Notes: generated from the letters alone by a model not told the origin. Counted from the first letter of the stretch, positions 1 through 10,536 are shown. The stretch: 37,657 nt of DNA from Stramenopiles sp. TOSAG23-3 (GCA_900128585.1 LT642192.1:1-37657), one strand, 5' to 3'. Translations and numbers: made by a program.

Positions 1-1
1 A

Positions 2-2116
2 GATAAAACCGGGAATTCCATTCCCTCCTTTCGGCAATGGAAGTTCTCGAAGAAAACCCCTACTGCCATGGCATTTGTACAAATTTTATTCTCCTTGACA
101 GCTAGCAAGAAGAAAATGGTAAGGTTGATGCAACGGAGGTCTGAAGTTTTGAACGAGTTAAAGAGCATCGAAGAAAGAAAGACAGAATGCCGCGCTGTAA
201 TTGAACAAGAAGGCTATGATTTTTTAAGAGACTGCGTTCAAACGGACCTCGAGGCTCAGGCTTTGAAGATAAAAATCAAAACGAGCAGAAAAGAAAAACA
301 TATACTCAACGTGCAGACGACTGATACGGTACTACGAATAAAAGAATTGATGGAACATAAAGATGGGGTTCCCATCGGTCGCCAAACCGTCATTTTTCAA
401 GGCAACATTCTCGTTGACGGCGGGTTTTTGCACGAATACAACTTGTTCAACAAATGCTCAATCGATGTGCATTATTTAGATTTTCCCGTAGCAAAAAAGA
501 TGAATTCAGACCTTAGAGAAAAAACCAAAGAAGTTCTGGACTCTTTAGAAACGAATCTCGATGAGTTTGAGCCAGAAGATTTTGTGGAAGAAGCAGCGTA
601 TTTGAGAGAATTTTTATTTGATTTAAATGCCTTCGTCAGACAAGTAAACCTAGCGAAGTACAAGGCAAAGTTTCGCAAAAACCTCATAGCCGACAGCAGT
701 GGGAGGAAGAAACGCGTTATTCACAGCAAAAAAGGCAGGCGGTCGAAATTTTTGCATGGGTATGATGTCATCGTCGATCCCAGAGTCTTGGTGCGTGCCG
801 GACAAATGGAGTTGTCTCGTGCATCAATGCAGTGGGAAGACGCGTACAAGCAGTTGCGAGACATTGAAGGTCAAATACACTCAGAATTTATTATAACGTG
901 CCAGCGCACCTGGCGATTTAAAAAATGGCAAAGGAAATGTGTCAAACGTGAGGCGTGGCGGGGCGGCAAGGCCGCCCGAAGAATCAAAAGTCTGGAAAAA
1001 CAGAAAGAGCGAAAGATTGCAGCTTTGCGGAAAGCTTTCGAGAGGGAGCAGCAGCTTATTTTTATTAGAAACCGAAAGGCGGCAAAGGTGATGCAACGAA
1101 GATTCCGCGCGTTCATGAAACGGAAGTATCCGCCCAATGGTATTCGGCCAAAATGGGAGAAGAAAAGGAAAGAAGTGGGTCTCTCGGCCCTAGTTTACGA
1201 AGTGCCGACCCACGAGTGCCATTTATGCAATTTTGTAGGGAAAACGTATGACGACCTGCGGAACCATCTTAACGAACACAAAGCTAGAGACAGGCAAAGA
1301 AAGTGGCGTCTAGAAGCCGAGGCCGCCATGAAACGGATGGAAGAGGAGCTGTGGGAAAAGAACGAGAAAAAGCGGCTGAAACGAAAATCCATGGAGGCAA
1401 AGGAGCACAAATTTTTGGAGTCACTTCGTGCCGAACGCGAGAGGAAAGACAAACAAAAAAGCGATGAAGTAGCGAGGAGGCTTGAGCTCGGGATGGACCT
1501 GCCGTATACCCCTGAGGTAGCGGTCCTATACCTTTACAAACAATCGAATGTACCAGAAGAGGTGTACGGCGGTGTGCCGGGTGAAATATACCTGAACAAA
1601 CCCGTTATTACTATAGGCCGTGGGGGGAAAGCCGAAGTGCGTGTTCGCTCAAGCTATGCGTCACAACTCCTCTCGCGCATTCATTGCACCTTCTTTGTGA
1701 AGACACATCCGTACAGTGGACGCGTCAAAGTCTGTGTTGTCGACAACAACAGTACCAACGGTACGTTTGTTAATGGGTTCGAAGTTTATCCCTCTGATAA
1801 AACCCGTGTGCGGCGTGAGAGCAGTAGAAGAAGAAGAAAACGGGATAGTTCTGCCAAACTGTCCAGGTTATCAAGTCTATCGGCGACGTCCGGTGACCTT
1901 CCCCCTCCAACCGTAAGAACTTCTAGAAGCGTTTCATCAAGCCGCCTTGGCTCACGGGGGAGAACGCCCGAGACCCCTGCTGGAGCGATGGTCGAATTTG
2001 AGGATGGTGTTTATGTAGATGATGGTAACTTGGTTACCCTCGGCTGTGCGCCAGGGAGACCAAGCGGGCATAGCTTTCTGGTGTACCAGCTTGAAATTAA
2101 AAAGAAAACGCTATAA
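2..2116 (+). CDS. Multidomain protein: ubiquitin-like domain + IQ-like motifs + C2H2 zinc finger + coiled coil + FHA domain (5' end probably outside window)
   Basis: Frame is open from base 2 to the ATG at 68. UBL: KIKIKTS..LNVQTTDTVLRIKELMEHKDGVPIGRQTVIFQGNILVDG. IQ-like: AAKVMQRRFRAFMKRK. C2H2: CHLC..LRNHLNEH. FHA: ITIGR..SRIHC..DNNSTNGTFVNG. Confidence 0.8.
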   Translation, partial: DKTGNSIPSFRQWKFSKKTPTAMAFVQILFSLTASKKKMVRLMQRRSEVLNELKSIEERKTECRAVIEQEGYDFLRDCVQTDLEAQALKIKIKTSRKEKHILNVQTTDTVLRIKELMEHKDGVPIGRQTVIFQGNILVDGGFLHEYNLFNKCSIDVHYLDFPVAKKMNSDLREKTKEVLDSLETNLDEFEPEDFVEEAAYLREFLFDLNAFVRQVNLAKYKAKFRKNLIADSSGRKKRVIHSKKGRRSKFLHGYDVIVDPRVLVRAGQMELSRASMQWEDAYKQLRDIEGQIHSEFIITCQRTWRFKKWQRKCVKREAWRGGKAARRIKSLEKQKERKIAALRKAFEREQQLIFIRNRKAAKVMQRRFRAFMKRKYPPNGIRPKWEKKRKEVGLSALVYEVPTHECHLCNFVGKTYDDLRNHLNEHKARDRQRKWRLEAEAAMKRMEEELWEKNEKKRLKRKSMEAKEHKFLESLRAERERKDKQKSDEVARRLELGMDLPYTPEVAVLYLYKQSNVPEEVYGGVPGEIYLNKPVITIGRGGKAEVRVRSSYASQLLSRIHCTFFVKTHPYSGRVKVCVVDNNSTNGTFVNGFEVYPSDKTRVRRESSRRRRKRDSSAKLSRLSSLSATSGDLPPPTVRTSRSVSSSRLGSRGRTPETPAGAMVEFEDGVYVDDGNLVTLGCAPGRPSGHSFLVYQLEIKKKTL

Positions 2117-2206
2117 AAACTAAAACACGATTAATAAGAATGGAGGTTTTGTATAAGAAAATTTTACCACTGCACCCGATTTGAAAAATTGCCCCCCACC
2201 AAAAAC

Positions 2207-2911
2207 TCATTTCTTCTTCTCTGCAAAGTCGTCGATTAAGCCGCAGGAGGTAATTATGACAGAAACGGTTGGTTTTCCTTCGCCCTCGCTTCCCGCTGAT
2301 TCCAGTCTATCAAGAACATCCAACCCTTCGACTATCTCCCCAAACACTACGTGTTTTCCATTCAAATTATTACAAGGAGCAAATGTGAAGAAAAATTGGC
2401 TTGTGTTGCTGTTCTTTCCTGTGTTGCACATCGCTACAAGCCCCCGTTTGTCCAGCTTTTTCTTCAGCCCCTTCTTATCATCTTGAAACTTCTTTCCATA
2501 AATAGACTCTCCCCCGGCACCAGTCCCCGTCATGAAGTCGCCCCCTTGTGCAATAAACCCCTTTACAATTCGATGGAAATTGCAGCCTTGGAAATGCAAA
2601 GGTTTTCCCGATTTACCTTTTCCTTTTTCGCCTGTCAACAAACATTTGAAATTCTCCACGGCTAAAGGAGACACGTCTTTCCAAAGCTTCAATACTATCC
2701 GCTGGTTTGGCATTCGTGTCAACATACGCTTCTGGGACCATTCATAGTCCGATGCAAATAGCTCAGGCAGACGTGCAAGTTCAGACCCTTGCAATTCCTC
2801 AAGACGGTTGGATAACAAACCGTACGTCAAATTTTTCGTTTTGACAAACGTTTTGCAGTTTTCATACCGCTCCTTCTCCTTGTCGATATCTAATTCAAGG
2901 AACCCGTACAT
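2207..2911 (-). CDS. Cyclophilin-type peptidyl-prolyl cis-trans isomerase with N-terminal insertion
   Basis: ENFKCLLTGEKG, FHRIVKGFIAQGGDF, GGESIYG, NSNTSQFF, LNGKHVVFG. Confidence 0.95.
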   Translation of the reverse strand: MYGFLELDIDKEKERYENCKTFVKTKNLTYGLLSNRLEELQGSELARLPELFASDYEWSQKRMLTRMPNQRIVLKLWKDVSPLAVENFKCLLTGEKGKGKSGKPLHFQGCNFHRIVKGFIAQGGDFMTGTGAGGESIYGKKFQDDKKGLKKKLDKRGLVAMCNTGKNSNTSQFFFTFAPCNNLNGKHVVFGEIVEGLDVLDRLESAGSEGEGKPTVSVIITSCGLIDDFAEKKK

Positions 2912-3200
2912 TGCTATTTCCTGTATTACCTCGGTATTAAAAAGTATCTACAAACTTTTGTAAAATGTTTCAATAAATAAACAATGGAAGGAACACAACC
3001 GTCGTTAGAATTTTTTGTGAAAATACCATCACTTACCCATCCTTGTCTTCTTGCCTTGTTTTCTGCTTCCCTCGTTCATTTCAATGTCGTGTCTAAATTG
3101 TCTAGGCCTCGCTGCCCCCAAGGAGGAGGACCCTCTCTCCTTCTTCTTTTTTTTTTTGTGTGTGTGGGAGGGAGGAGAGTGGAGAAGAATGGAGAATGGA

Positions 3201-3259
3201 GAAGAAGAAGAAGAAGAAGAAGAAGAAGAAGAAGAATTAAGAAGAAGAAGAAGAAGAAG
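3201..3259 (+). repeat. (GAA)n microsatellite in divergent promoter region
   Basis: (GAA)12, a TTAA interruption, then about 6 more GAA units. Confidence 0.95.
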
Positions 3260-3658
3260 CGAAGCGCAGAAGCGCATTCTTCACAGCAATCGTCTGGCTG
3301 AAGAATGCTGGCTGGTGTGTTATTATAAATAAGGTAGGTATAATACCAGGTACATGCAAAAGAAGAAAACAAACCGCAGGAACACAGCATCAAAAGAATA
3401 TGTTGTTGTACACCAACAACAACAAAAACAACAAAAACACAAAGCGCCGGGGACGACGACCGCAAGTTAAATTGTCTTTAGTACTACTACGGGTGCACGG
3501 TGCCTTTTCTTCTTTCTGTTGCATAGATTTTTTGAATGTAGGACTAATATTGGCTCTCTACGAATAAAGACAAATTTCAGAGCCATGAAGAAGAAGAATT
3601 GAGTGTAACTAGCTAGCTACAACTGAAAAAATATTTTGTTTTTGGTGCGCCTGACACA

Positions 3659-6600
3659 ATGGCCGGTTTGGGCACTCGAGCTGGTACGTGCTCGCACTTT
3701 GTAGCCTCTGAGAGCGGGAATTGTCGGGTATGCGGGCGTCCGAACTATCAGCACGATACAGTCTCTCTTGATTCATTTACATCTGCTTCTCCAGACCAAA
3801 AAAAACTTTACGTGACAAGCCTGGTGCCTGACCAAGGAGAGACCCAAGGAGGAGAGAAATTGTACATAATCGGCCGCAACTTTTTAGCATCTAGTCACTC
3901 AAAGGGCCATATGTGGGCAAAGTTTGGTAACTACAAGGTCCCAGTACTTTACGAAAGTTCCACCAAGCTAACCTGCACCAGCCCCTACGTTCCATTTGAG
4001 CTATTGGATTCAAACGAATTTTCTAGAACCCCCAAACCATCGCTGTCGTCTAAAACGAAGAAAAATTCCGCAGGGCCGCCAACGTACGAGTTTGCACTAG
4101 AAGTTCGGTTAACAGTGGACAACGGAGTCACTTGGTCAAACAAACAACTGTACAGGTTGAAAATAGATGGGAACAACGAAGGAAATAAATATAATTACAG
4201 TAGCTGTTACTACTGGGGGGGGCTGCCTCGGGTAGAGAAGAGGAAGCCAAAGAAAGGTGAGGTCTACGCACTGTATGACAAGTTCCTTGACGTTAGAAAG
4301 CGAATGCACCCCCACCAAAAGTACTGCTTGCAACATGCCATGGGGATCTTAGCGCTTATGTTATATTATAGTAGTCGCGGCCTCGTTCCGAAATTTGGAT
4401 TTGAAGAAATTAACAGCGCCTTTGAAGTGGTAACACGTTCTTACCCGTATACGTTTGACAAACGAAGAGACAAAATGGAGAAGTATGGGCTCTTTAAAGA
4501 CGTATTGGTTATGCTGTTAGAAGCGACGCCGATCGATGACAACGATGCGTCGAAAAACGCAGGGGGTGACAGCAAAAGTGTCAAAGATGAAACGGTAGAT
4601 GATGGGGCCCTGGGTGGAGCCCCGATTAATAAAACAGTGGCATTGGTCATTGACTGGCTCGGGTCATCTTTCTTTAGTGAATTTCTTGCCATTTTACTGG
4701 ATCGTTTAAGCTGGATGGAGCAGTCTGTAAGAGAGATCGCAATTACCAGGACGGTGGCAGGTCCCCACGCAGTAATTCTAATGGAGAATGGGCTGCTTGA
4801 GATACAGTCTTTTTCTCAGCCATCCGACTTTAGTTCGGCATTTGTCGATGGCCACCCTTTCCTGAACGAAACAGAAGTGGAAGCAGACGGTTGGCGATAC
4901 TGCCGCCAGTGGCACTTAGACGATGATATGAAACAACTTCCCATACCAACACTGGAAAATATTTCACACGGCGAATCTACCGAAATAACGTACTTTGACG
5001 TTATAGAGCGGCTGAAAAAGTACTTCCCAGAGCTTAATTTTTGCTGTGATCCGAGTATAATCAGCGTCTCCAAAACGAATGAGAAACTAGGCTGGCTGTT
5101 TTCCTCAGTCCCTGGCCTTGTTAGCCAGAAAATCAAGTTCTCCAAAATTGCATGTGGTATGGCCCACTTTTGTGCCGTGTCTGACGTTGTCTTTGGGCAC
5201 CGCCTTTACACATGGGGCGAGAATGGGGCTGGTCAGCTCGGACGACCAACCACCTCGCAGAATGCAAATATCCCAGGGATAGTTGATTTTAAAACCGAGC
5301 ACGGGTCCAACAGCATAGACAAGAGGGTGGACGTGATGCGGGTGGGTGTTGTGAATTGCGGGGAACTATATACAATATGCGCTTGCACGTCAGACGCAAC
5401 CGGTTTGACTCACATATTTTCTTTCGGGCAGCCGAACTCGCCAAACCTTGAAAAGTGCCATCGTGGGCTTCCCCACAAAGTCGTTGGGGTCGACCTCCCC
5501 TCAGAAGTCCTGATAGTCGACATTCCTACGGACATTGCCAATGACAGAAAGGCTGCGAGTGGCCAAGAATCAAGGGTGTGGAAGGCCGGGGAGCCTATGA
5601 CTATCGCAGGAAAATGCATGCCATTTTTTCCCCTAAGCGTTAAGACCTGGTACAATCTAGTATGGGACCAATGGTCCTTTTTTCGGCGTCGCAACATCAA
5701 GACGTTTAAGTTTGGAAATATATATGAGCACAGAAAGCCAGCAGTTTTAGGTCGCGCCACGATACCCATCCACTTTTCTTACGAACGGAGTCAGTATGAT
5801 GAAATCCACCAGCTCTATTTTGAAGCCATCGAAGAAGTGGATGTACTCATTGATCTAACCAATGCGACTTGCGATGACTACCGAAACAACTACAACATTG
5901 GGGATTCTGAACAGCTAGCGCCTGCCGATGAGGACATGATAAATGTGCAGAACATCGTAGAGGCGGACCTCCGCGATGGCGGCGGGTACACAATGTGGGA
6001 AAGCGGGGAGAGCGAAGACGACAGCTATGACTCGGATGACAGCGTGGTGATGAAATTGAATTTTGGTAGTGAGAAAAGTAGCCGTTTTGTGGGCCTGTAT
6101 ACCCCTGGAAAGGATGTGAAAATAAGCCCTGACCCCTCGTGGTTCGAGCTGCAAGATGAAATTCAACGATTGCAAAATTTGCTGAAAACCCAAAACGATG
6201 CAATTTCGGAAGAGGAAATGCTCCATGCTGAAGACTTGAATCAACAAGACGTGCTTAGCAAGGCGATGAAGGCTATTGGCCAGATTCACCTGTCCGCGGC
6301 AAACAGAATGACAGACGGTGACGAAAAGGTTGCAAGGGGAAGGGAAGAAATTTCGGATACTTCAATGGTTAAGAATGTAAAAGCTGTCCAGCTGGCTACC
6401 AGAAAGATGAGTTTTTTTAGTAAGCAGGATTTTCAGTCCTCACTACTGCAAACAAAGGCCGTCAAAAACATCGTTAACATGGCAGAAGGAAACGATAACC
6501 CGGACGCACTAAAACCGGCGCGCTCTTCCTCTTCGGGTTCCCCGAAATCACAACTAAGTTCCTCCGCAAGTTTCCTACGATCTCCGCTAAAAAAACGTTC

Positions 6601-7474
6601 TAGCATGATGTCGCATCTGTCTGAAGAGCAAGAGAAGCTTTCCTCGTTTGACTTTGTAAACGCTTTGAAACATTTTTCAGTTGAGAAATTGGGGAATTTA
6701 AAATCCCGCCTTCTTGCGGATTCCAGGGAGCTGTCTAGAAACGTAAAAGAAAGGGTGCGAAATATTCGGAAGATGAAAGAAGAGAAGAAAGAAACCGATT
6801 TGTATTTACAAACACACTTTGAACTGCAGAAGGATTGGATCTTAGTCGAAATACTTGAGCATGCAAAATCGTTTCCAAGTGACGAGATGATGCAGTTCCG
6901 ACAAGCTTACCGCAGCGGCAGAAGTGATTTTGAAGAGGCGCTGAGCAATGCAGAAGTACAATGGCAGCTACTCTGCGAACGCATGCCCAACCAACTGATC
7001 GATATATTCAACAAAAATCTAACCTCGTTGAAAGAAATCCGTGAAGGAAACAGCGATAAGCCGATCAGGGACGTTCTTCGTAACTTGCCCAACATATTTG
7101 TGGACGAGGGCAGCAATTTAGGACTAGGCGACTTCATCAACTTTAGCGATATGGAACTTGTTGGAGTGGTGGAACGGCTGACAGAGATGGCGCTCCATGA
7201 CATATATTTGTCCAGGGACGAGGGTCTGAAGTTGGTAAAAATTATCCAAGAAAATGCTGAGCTGAGATTAAGGACGAACCTGTTGCATCAGCTGCGACAA
7301 AATCGACTGCACTATCTTCAGACGGGTACCTTGCAGGCATCCCACCAAGACCCAGACACGGTCTTGCACAAGTATTACTTGTTTTCTGCGGATAACACGC
7401 TGATCCAGGAGGAAGAAGAAGGAACAGGGGACGTGATCAGTTCGTCTGAAAGCGAAGAAGATGGCGAGGAGTAA
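3659..7474 (+). CDS. Large protein with N-terminal Cys/His motif, IPT/TIG domain, RCC1-like repeats and C-terminal coiled coils
   Basis: 1271-aa ORF. IPT/TIG: VTSLVPDQGETQGGEKLYIIGRNF..STKLTCTSP..VRLTVDNG. RCC1: KIACGMAHFCAV..LYTWGENGAGQLG. Heptad-rich C-terminal third and acidic tail. Confidence 0.75.
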   Translation: MAGLGTRAGTCSHFVASESGNCRVCGRPNYQHDTVSLDSFTSASPDQKKLYVTSLVPDQGETQGGEKLYIIGRNFLASSHSKGHMWAKFGNYKVPVLYESSTKLTCTSPYVPFELLDSNEFSRTPKPSLSSKTKKNSAGPPTYEFALEVRLTVDNGVTWSNKQLYRLKIDGNNEGNKYNYSSCYYWGGLPRVEKRKPKKGEVYALYDKFLDVRKRMHPHQKYCLQHAMGILALMLYYSSRGLVPKFGFEEINSAFEVVTRSYPYTFDKRRDKMEKYGLFKDVLVMLLEATPIDDNDASKNAGGDSKSVKDETVDDGALGGAPINKTVALVIDWLGSSFFSEFLAILLDRLSWMEQSVREIAITRTVAGPHAVILMENGLLEIQSFSQPSDFSSAFVDGHPFLNETEVEADGWRYCRQWHLDDDMKQLPIPTLENISHGESTEITYFDVIERLKKYFPELNFCCDPSIISVSKTNEKLGWLFSSVPGLVSQKIKFSKIACGMAHFCAVSDVVFGHRLYTWGENGAGQLGRPTTSQNANIPGIVDFKTEHGSNSIDKRVDVMRVGVVNCGELYTICACTSDATGLTHIFSFGQPNSPNLEKCHRGLPHKVVGVDLPSEVLIVDIPTDIANDRKAASGQESRVWKAGEPMTIAGKCMPFFPLSVKTWYNLVWDQWSFFRRRNIKTFKFGNIYEHRKPAVLGRATIPIHFSYERSQYDEIHQLYFEAIEEVDVLIDLTNATCDDYRNNYNIGDSEQLAPADEDMINVQNIVEADLRDGGGYTMWESGESEDDSYDSDDSVVMKLNFGSEKSSRFVGLYTPGKDVKISPDPSWFELQDEIQRLQNLLKTQNDAISEEEMLHAEDLNQQDVLSKAMKAIGQIHLSAANRMTDGDEKVARGREEISDTSMVKNVKAVQLATRKMSFFSKQDFQSSLLQTKAVKNIVNMAEGNDNPDALKPARSSSSGSPKSQLSSSASFLRSPLKKRSSMMSHLSEEQEKLSSFDFVNALKHFSVEKLGNLKSRLLADSRELSRNVKERVRNIRKMKEEKKETDLYLQTHFELQKDWILVEILEHAKSFPSDEMMQFRQAYRSGRSDFEEALSNAEVQWQLLCERMPNQLIDIFNKNLTSLKEIREGNSDKPIRDVLRNLPNIFVDEGSNLGLGDFINFSDMELVGVVERLTEMALHDIYLSRDEGLKLVKIIQENAELRLRTNLLHQLRQNRLHYLQTGTLQASHQDPDTVLHKYYLFSADNTLIQEEEEGTGDVISSSESEEDGEE

Positions 7475-7857
7475 GAAGAAACCAGAATGCATGAAATATT
7501 ATCTTATCATATCATACGTTTTTTACGAAAAAACGGCCTGAAAGCTGCGTGAGTTCATTTTTATTGTACAGCACCAGAAAAAAAACTATAATAATAATAA
7601 ATTGTAACGATTTTTGCCTCTCTCGTTCTCGCTCTGTGCGCTTTTCCTCGTTTGAAAAAATGCCACAAAAGCTTGCCTGTCGTTTTCCATTTCATTTAAG
7701 GTCTATTCGGACTGCACTTTCTATCAACCTATCAGTGCTAGCAAACGTACGCTCCGGCCAGAAGAACCGTCCATTGCGACGCATGTAGAACCACGGAAGA
7801 AATATGGCGGTGTTGCACTGCGCATACTTCCCCCTTTTTCTTTCCTATCGTGTTCCT

Positions 7858-8391
7858 CTACGCCTCTTCGCACCACTTGTTCTCTTCTCGGACTTGGGCC
7901 TCTTCCTCAGGAGTGAAATCATTCACAATGTTAAACGTCTTGCGGATTTCTTCTGGAGTTTTCCCTTTAATCATCGACGCGACCTTTGCGCACGTCAAGT
8001 CGAGGAGACTTTTGATATCCATGTAATTAGCAGCAAGGATAAGTTCGAAGAGCATTTCCTGCTCGATTTGGACAAATTCTGCGTCCCATTCGCCTACGAC
8101 TTCTTTCATGTTTGGGCTTTTCAGGGGCTTCTCAATATCTTTCATGGGGCCGTTTGCTGTATGGTATTTGCAGAATTCAATGACCTTTGCTAGAACCTTG
8201 TTCTTCACATTTACCAAAGGGATTTCTTGGTCTGATTCCTCGTCTTCGTCTTCATCATCATCTGTTCTGATCATTGTCTTCACTAACTCTGACATCATCG
8301 CTACCTTCTTGGGGATGTCGAACTTGTCGCCTTCCTGGGAGACTAGGCAGATGTTGCCTTCGACTTCTTCCTCTCCTACTTTATCTGCCAT
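7858..8391 (-). CDS. SKP1: S-phase kinase-associated protein 1 (SCF adaptor)
   Basis: LVSQEGDKF, IPLVNV..VLAKVIEFCKYH, LFELILAANYMDIKSLLDLTC, IKGKTPEEIRKTFNIVNDFTPEEEAQVREENKW. Confidence 0.98.
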   Translation of the reverse strand: MADKVGEEEVEGNICLVSQEGDKFDIPKKVAMMSELVKTMIRTDDDEDEDEESDQEIPLVNVKNKVLAKVIEFCKYHTANGPMKDIEKPLKSPNMKEVVGEWDAEFVQIEQEMLFELILAANYMDIKSLLDLTCAKVASMIKGKTPEEIRKTFNIVNDFTPEEEAQVREENKWCEEA

Positions 8392-9539
8392 TGTTCCTGT
8401 TTGCTGTTGTCTTTTGCTCGGTTTTCTTCACTTGTTCAGTTAATCTTCTAAAAGAAAGCATACACTATTGTTCTCCACTCCCCGCGTACGATTTGTGGAG
8501 TATAGAATTAGTGTTTGTATCGTAGCCCCCACCATCCCTCTCTCTCATCACTTGAACGAAACAGAGCGCGATACACCCTTTCTTTCTTGTTGTTGTGCGT
8601 GTTGTTACTTTCTCATCATCTTCTTTCTTTTTTTGATTACTTTCTTCTTGTTAATTTTTTAGTCCTTCCTGTGTTCTTGTATGATGTGTTCTTCATATTA
8701 GTTAGGTTTTGTTAACCAATTATTCTCTCATTGTTTCTTCTTAGTTATTTTTTAGATTCTATTTTTTTTAAGTGGTACCATTTTACAGGTACATAGTATT
8801 GAATCCCTTTTGAAATCCCATTTAGTATAATAATATTTATACTTAATATATTATGTAATGTACTATGTAAAATAAGAATTTTTAGATTTTCTTTTCATAC
8901 GTTTTATAACATTTGCTTCATTCAATTGATTTGATGCTATTACGGTACTATCACTGGTGGTTGTGCTAGGCGGGGCTGGCTGGTGGTCAGGACAGGGCGA
9001 GCAGCAGGCGCCGCGCGGGCGAAATGGAATCGAATTCCATCTTTGAAAAATAAGGGTATAATATTTACAGGTTTGTTTCTCAATTCTTAATAATAAATAC
9101 ATAACTATTGATTAAAATTTACTCACAGTGAAATCTTAGTTTTATTTTATAAATTTATCCTTACGTTATGAATTCGTGGCTTGAACGGAAAATGAAAGAA
9201 TTGAACTCCTTTGGTTTTTAGTGCTATTTATATGTATATATTTTTAAGTTATCCATCCCGAAATTGATGTCAATCAGGTGGGAGATCCTTATCAACTGTA
9301 CTCTTTGCTGTATCCCTTCTAAAAGCCCTTATCCCTTCCCCAAGGAAGGGCGGGGACGACGCATGGGGATGTGGCATAAATACTACCTGCTATTCAAATG
9401 TAAATAAATGCATTCTTCAATCCATCTTTCTTCTCATTTTTTCTTCACTTGATCTTTTTTTTTCTTATTTATTTATAGTTTAATGTTATTCAAATGTATT
9501 GTTATTTAATTTTCTTCGTTTTCACAGATAAATGTAAAT

Positions 9540-9686
9540 CAAAGAAAGATCGAAGAAGAAAAAAAGGAAGAAGGAAAGAGAGAAAGAAAGAAACAAAGTA
9601 AGAAACAAAGAAAGAAACAAAGAAAGAAAGAAAGAAAGAAAGAAACGAAGTAAGAAACAAAGAAAGAAACAAAGAAAGAAAGAAAC

Positions 9687-9745
<59 letters not shown>

Positions 9746-9782
9746 GAAACAAAGAAACAAAGAAAGAAACAAACAAAGAAAC

Positions 9783-9813
<31 letters not shown>

Positions 9814-9826
9814 GAAACAAAGAAGT
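9540..9826 (+). repeat. Compound AAAG/AAAC microsatellite (dominant 12-mer AAAGAAAGAAAC)
   Basis: About 285 bp built almost entirely of AAAG and AAAC tetramers; it produces spurious Phe-rich ORFs on the minus strand. Confidence 0.95.
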
Positions 9827-10536
9827 AAATAAAAAAATTACACGTCATAAATACATGCACACAATACAGGTATAAATACTCTTATGGGATATGGGATTGG
9901 ATGCATTTTAGTCTGTTTGTGTCTGATAGGAACACTATTATATAACTGTACTTAATCAATTCTTTCTTGAAAAAGAGGCGCGAAAAGGATATTGGAACCA
10001 ACGGAATCATTATTACAGTACATAAATGTAGTGTAAATACTATAAATACCTATATAATATTATCCCTATCATTGTTCAAGTACAATTATTTGTATATTAA
10101 TTATATTTGGGTGAATTTGATTCTTTCACCCATCCACCGTCCAACCCCCGAGAATAACACAAATATGGCACAAATATGTATCGAATGGATTTGTTATATA
10201 TATTGTATAGTATTTATACATAGCATGTACTCGATTAATTTATTAACAGATCAGGAAAACAGAAGAAGAAGAAGAGAAGGAGGCGCTTCTTCTTTCTTCT
10301 TCTACCGTTGTTTGGTTCTTCTTCTTCCTTCTTCGTCGATCGACCCAAAAAACAAATCTAATAAATATAATGGTTTCTATTGTACAACCGATACGACAAT
10401 TGTTATCATCAAATTTGTGAATGTGAGTTGCTGATAACAGTTTAAACAATTTGCGTGTTTGGAACAGTTCCTATATAGTTACGATACATTTATTTCATTT
10501 TAAGGAAACGTACGATCTTCCATCTTCTGGTGGAAC

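Noticed and set aside
2984-3465. Poly-Arg/Glu/Ser/Leu ORFs
   Set aside because: Products of the (GAA)n tract; the same applies to ORFs at 13259-13702
9502-9860. Phe/Leu/Ser-rich minus-strand ORFs resembling membrane proteins
   Set aside because: Translation artefacts of the AAAG/AAAC microsatellite; open in all three frames
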